A stretch of 64,000 nt of DNA from an uncultured Gemmatimonadales bacterium (GTDB lineage: Bacteria; Gemmatimonadota; Gemmatimonadetes; Longimicrobiales; Longimicrobiaceae). Each line of letters begins with the position of its first letter. The stretch's first letter is position 1. The notes beneath the pieces are model-generated. The model was given only the letters and a program-made list of their open reading frames with translations, did not search any database and was not told the origin of the DNA. The stretch covers positions 8,192,001 to 8,256,000 of the forward strand of contig OY970303.1 in NCBI GenBank assembly GCA_963716255.1. Direction: 5' to 3'. Below, in pieces: positions 62,917 to 64,000 of the stretch. A program made the position numbers and the translations under genes.

Positions 62917-63630
62917 TTACGTACCCGCAAAGACGCGCACGCTCACCGTGTCGGCCTTGCCGTCGCTGCGGGCGACGATGCGCGCGGTCCCCACCGCCAG
63001 GGCGGTCACGATCGCGCTGCGCGCCCGGGTCGCGGTCAGGACCCCCACCGTGGGATCGAGGCTAGAGAACTCGATGGGGGGCGGTCCGTTGGGCTGGGCG
63101 CCCGACAGGACGTAGGGGTTGCCGTAGCGGTCCCTCGCGTCCGTGACCAGCACCTCCAGGCTAGAACCCCGCCGCAGCGAGTCCGCGGCGGCGGTGAGGA
63201 CCAGGGTGCCCACCACGGTGTCCGCGTACACCAGCGCCTGCACGCGGTCGAACGCGCCCGTGCCGCCGTTCACCGTCGCGACCACCTCCTGGATCCCCGA
63301 GCGGGTGTCCGTAGTCCACGTGCCGCCGACCGTCCCCTGCGCGCCCGTGGTCGTGCCGTCCGGCGCCACCGCCCCGCTCCCCGACCAGAGGATCGGGGCA
63401 CCCTCCACCGGCTGCCCGTTGTCGTCCGTCACCGTCGCGACGACGCGGGCGGTGGACCCGGCACGGAGCACCTGGTTGGAGCCCGCCTGCCCCACCTCGA
63501 TGTTCGTGCGCACCGCACTCGCCCGCTCCGCCGGTGTGGGCGTTCCCGATCCGTCGTCGTCGCACGCCGCCAGGGTGAGCGCCAGGGCGGCGGCCACGGT
63601 TCCGTAGCGCTGGAATCGCTGGATCATCAT
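62917..63630 (-). CDS. Ig-like (Big_1/Big_2) domain lipoprotein
   Basis: Lipobox LAAC, VTDDNGQPVEG, FSSLDPTVG, GTARIVA. Confidence 0.75.
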   Translation of the reverse strand: MMIQRFQRYGTVAAALALTLAACDDDGSGTPTPAERASAVRTNIEVGQAGSNQVLRAGSTARVVATVTDDNGQPVEGAPILWSGSGAVAPDGTTTGAQGTVGGTWTTDTRSGIQEVVATVNGGTGAFDRVQALVYADTVVGTLVLTAAADSLRRGSSLEVLVTDARDRYGNPYVLSGAQPNGPPPIEFSSLDPTVGVLTATRARSAIVTALAVGTARIVARSDGKADTVSVRVFAGT

Positions 63631-63821
63631 CTTCGTCCCCTCCGTGTGAAAGTGCATGGTCCCGCCGCCCCGCGCGCGGCGGCCCGCGCACCGGGGAGCC
63701 GCAGCGCAGCGTACCCGAGGAGCGGCCGTGCCGGGTCCGACGGCCAGGTGAAGCATGTCCTGCCGCGTGGCGGCGGTCTTGGACGAATTTGCCGGTGGGA
63801 GCGGAGGCCGGCCGAGCGCGG

Positions 63822-63998
63822 TCAGGAAGCCGGAGCGGATTCCCTCCGGGCAGCCTTCTCCAGGTCCGCCTCCAGCGTGTAGTTGAGGAAGGTGCGGATC
63901 AGGGCCAGGGCCGCGAGCCGGCCGATCTGGGACCACGTGGGCACGACCGCCGTGTGCAGCACGTCGGATGCGAGCTGGAACTCCAGCGACAGTACCAG
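63822..63998 (-). CDS. DUF1622 family protein, C-terminal part (truncated by window)
   Basis: My translation: WLVLSLEFQLASDVLHTAVVPTWSQIGRLAALALIRTFLNYTL. Confidence 0.8.
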   Translation of the reverse strand: MVLSLEFQLASDVLHTAVVPTWSQIGRLAALALIRTFLNYTLEADLEKAARRESAPAS

Positions 63999-64000
63999 CC

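Overview
GC-rich (roughly 70% by eye) bacterial window. Gene style suggests Gemmatimonadota (Longimicrobium-like); this is an inference. Positions 1-36.4 kb look like core chromosome: nucleoside salvage genes (5'-nucleotidase end, nupC, add, udk), rhomboid, cyclophilin, TonB-dependent receptor, cystathionine beta-synthase, mutS, a UvrA-like ATPase, holA, ECF sigma/anti-sigma, NUDIX, an M16 pair, an orphan parAB and an ECF42/YciI pair. Its intergenic spaces carry two families of hairpin repeats that share one covarying module. A 3.1-kb low-GC islet (18840-21925) sits between 93-bp direct repeats of the uvrA-like 3' end. It encodes a STAS-wHTH protein, a small protein, a Cys-rich DUF4417-like protein and a GHKL/HATPase protein, and is the best candidate for an undescribed (defence or nucleic-acid-modification) system. 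A tRNA 3' fragment at about 36.4 kb marks the probable edge of a large island running to the window end. That region holds a dead IS5-family element, a sigma/anti-sigma pair, an S26 remnant, a sensor kinase and a sulfatase/DUF1254/patatin cluster. It also has 11 copies of a CAA-N7-CAAGACC-like motif, each 17-18 bp before a -10-like hexamer, pointing to a regulon of unknown regulator. All family calls are motif recognition by eye; no searches were run.
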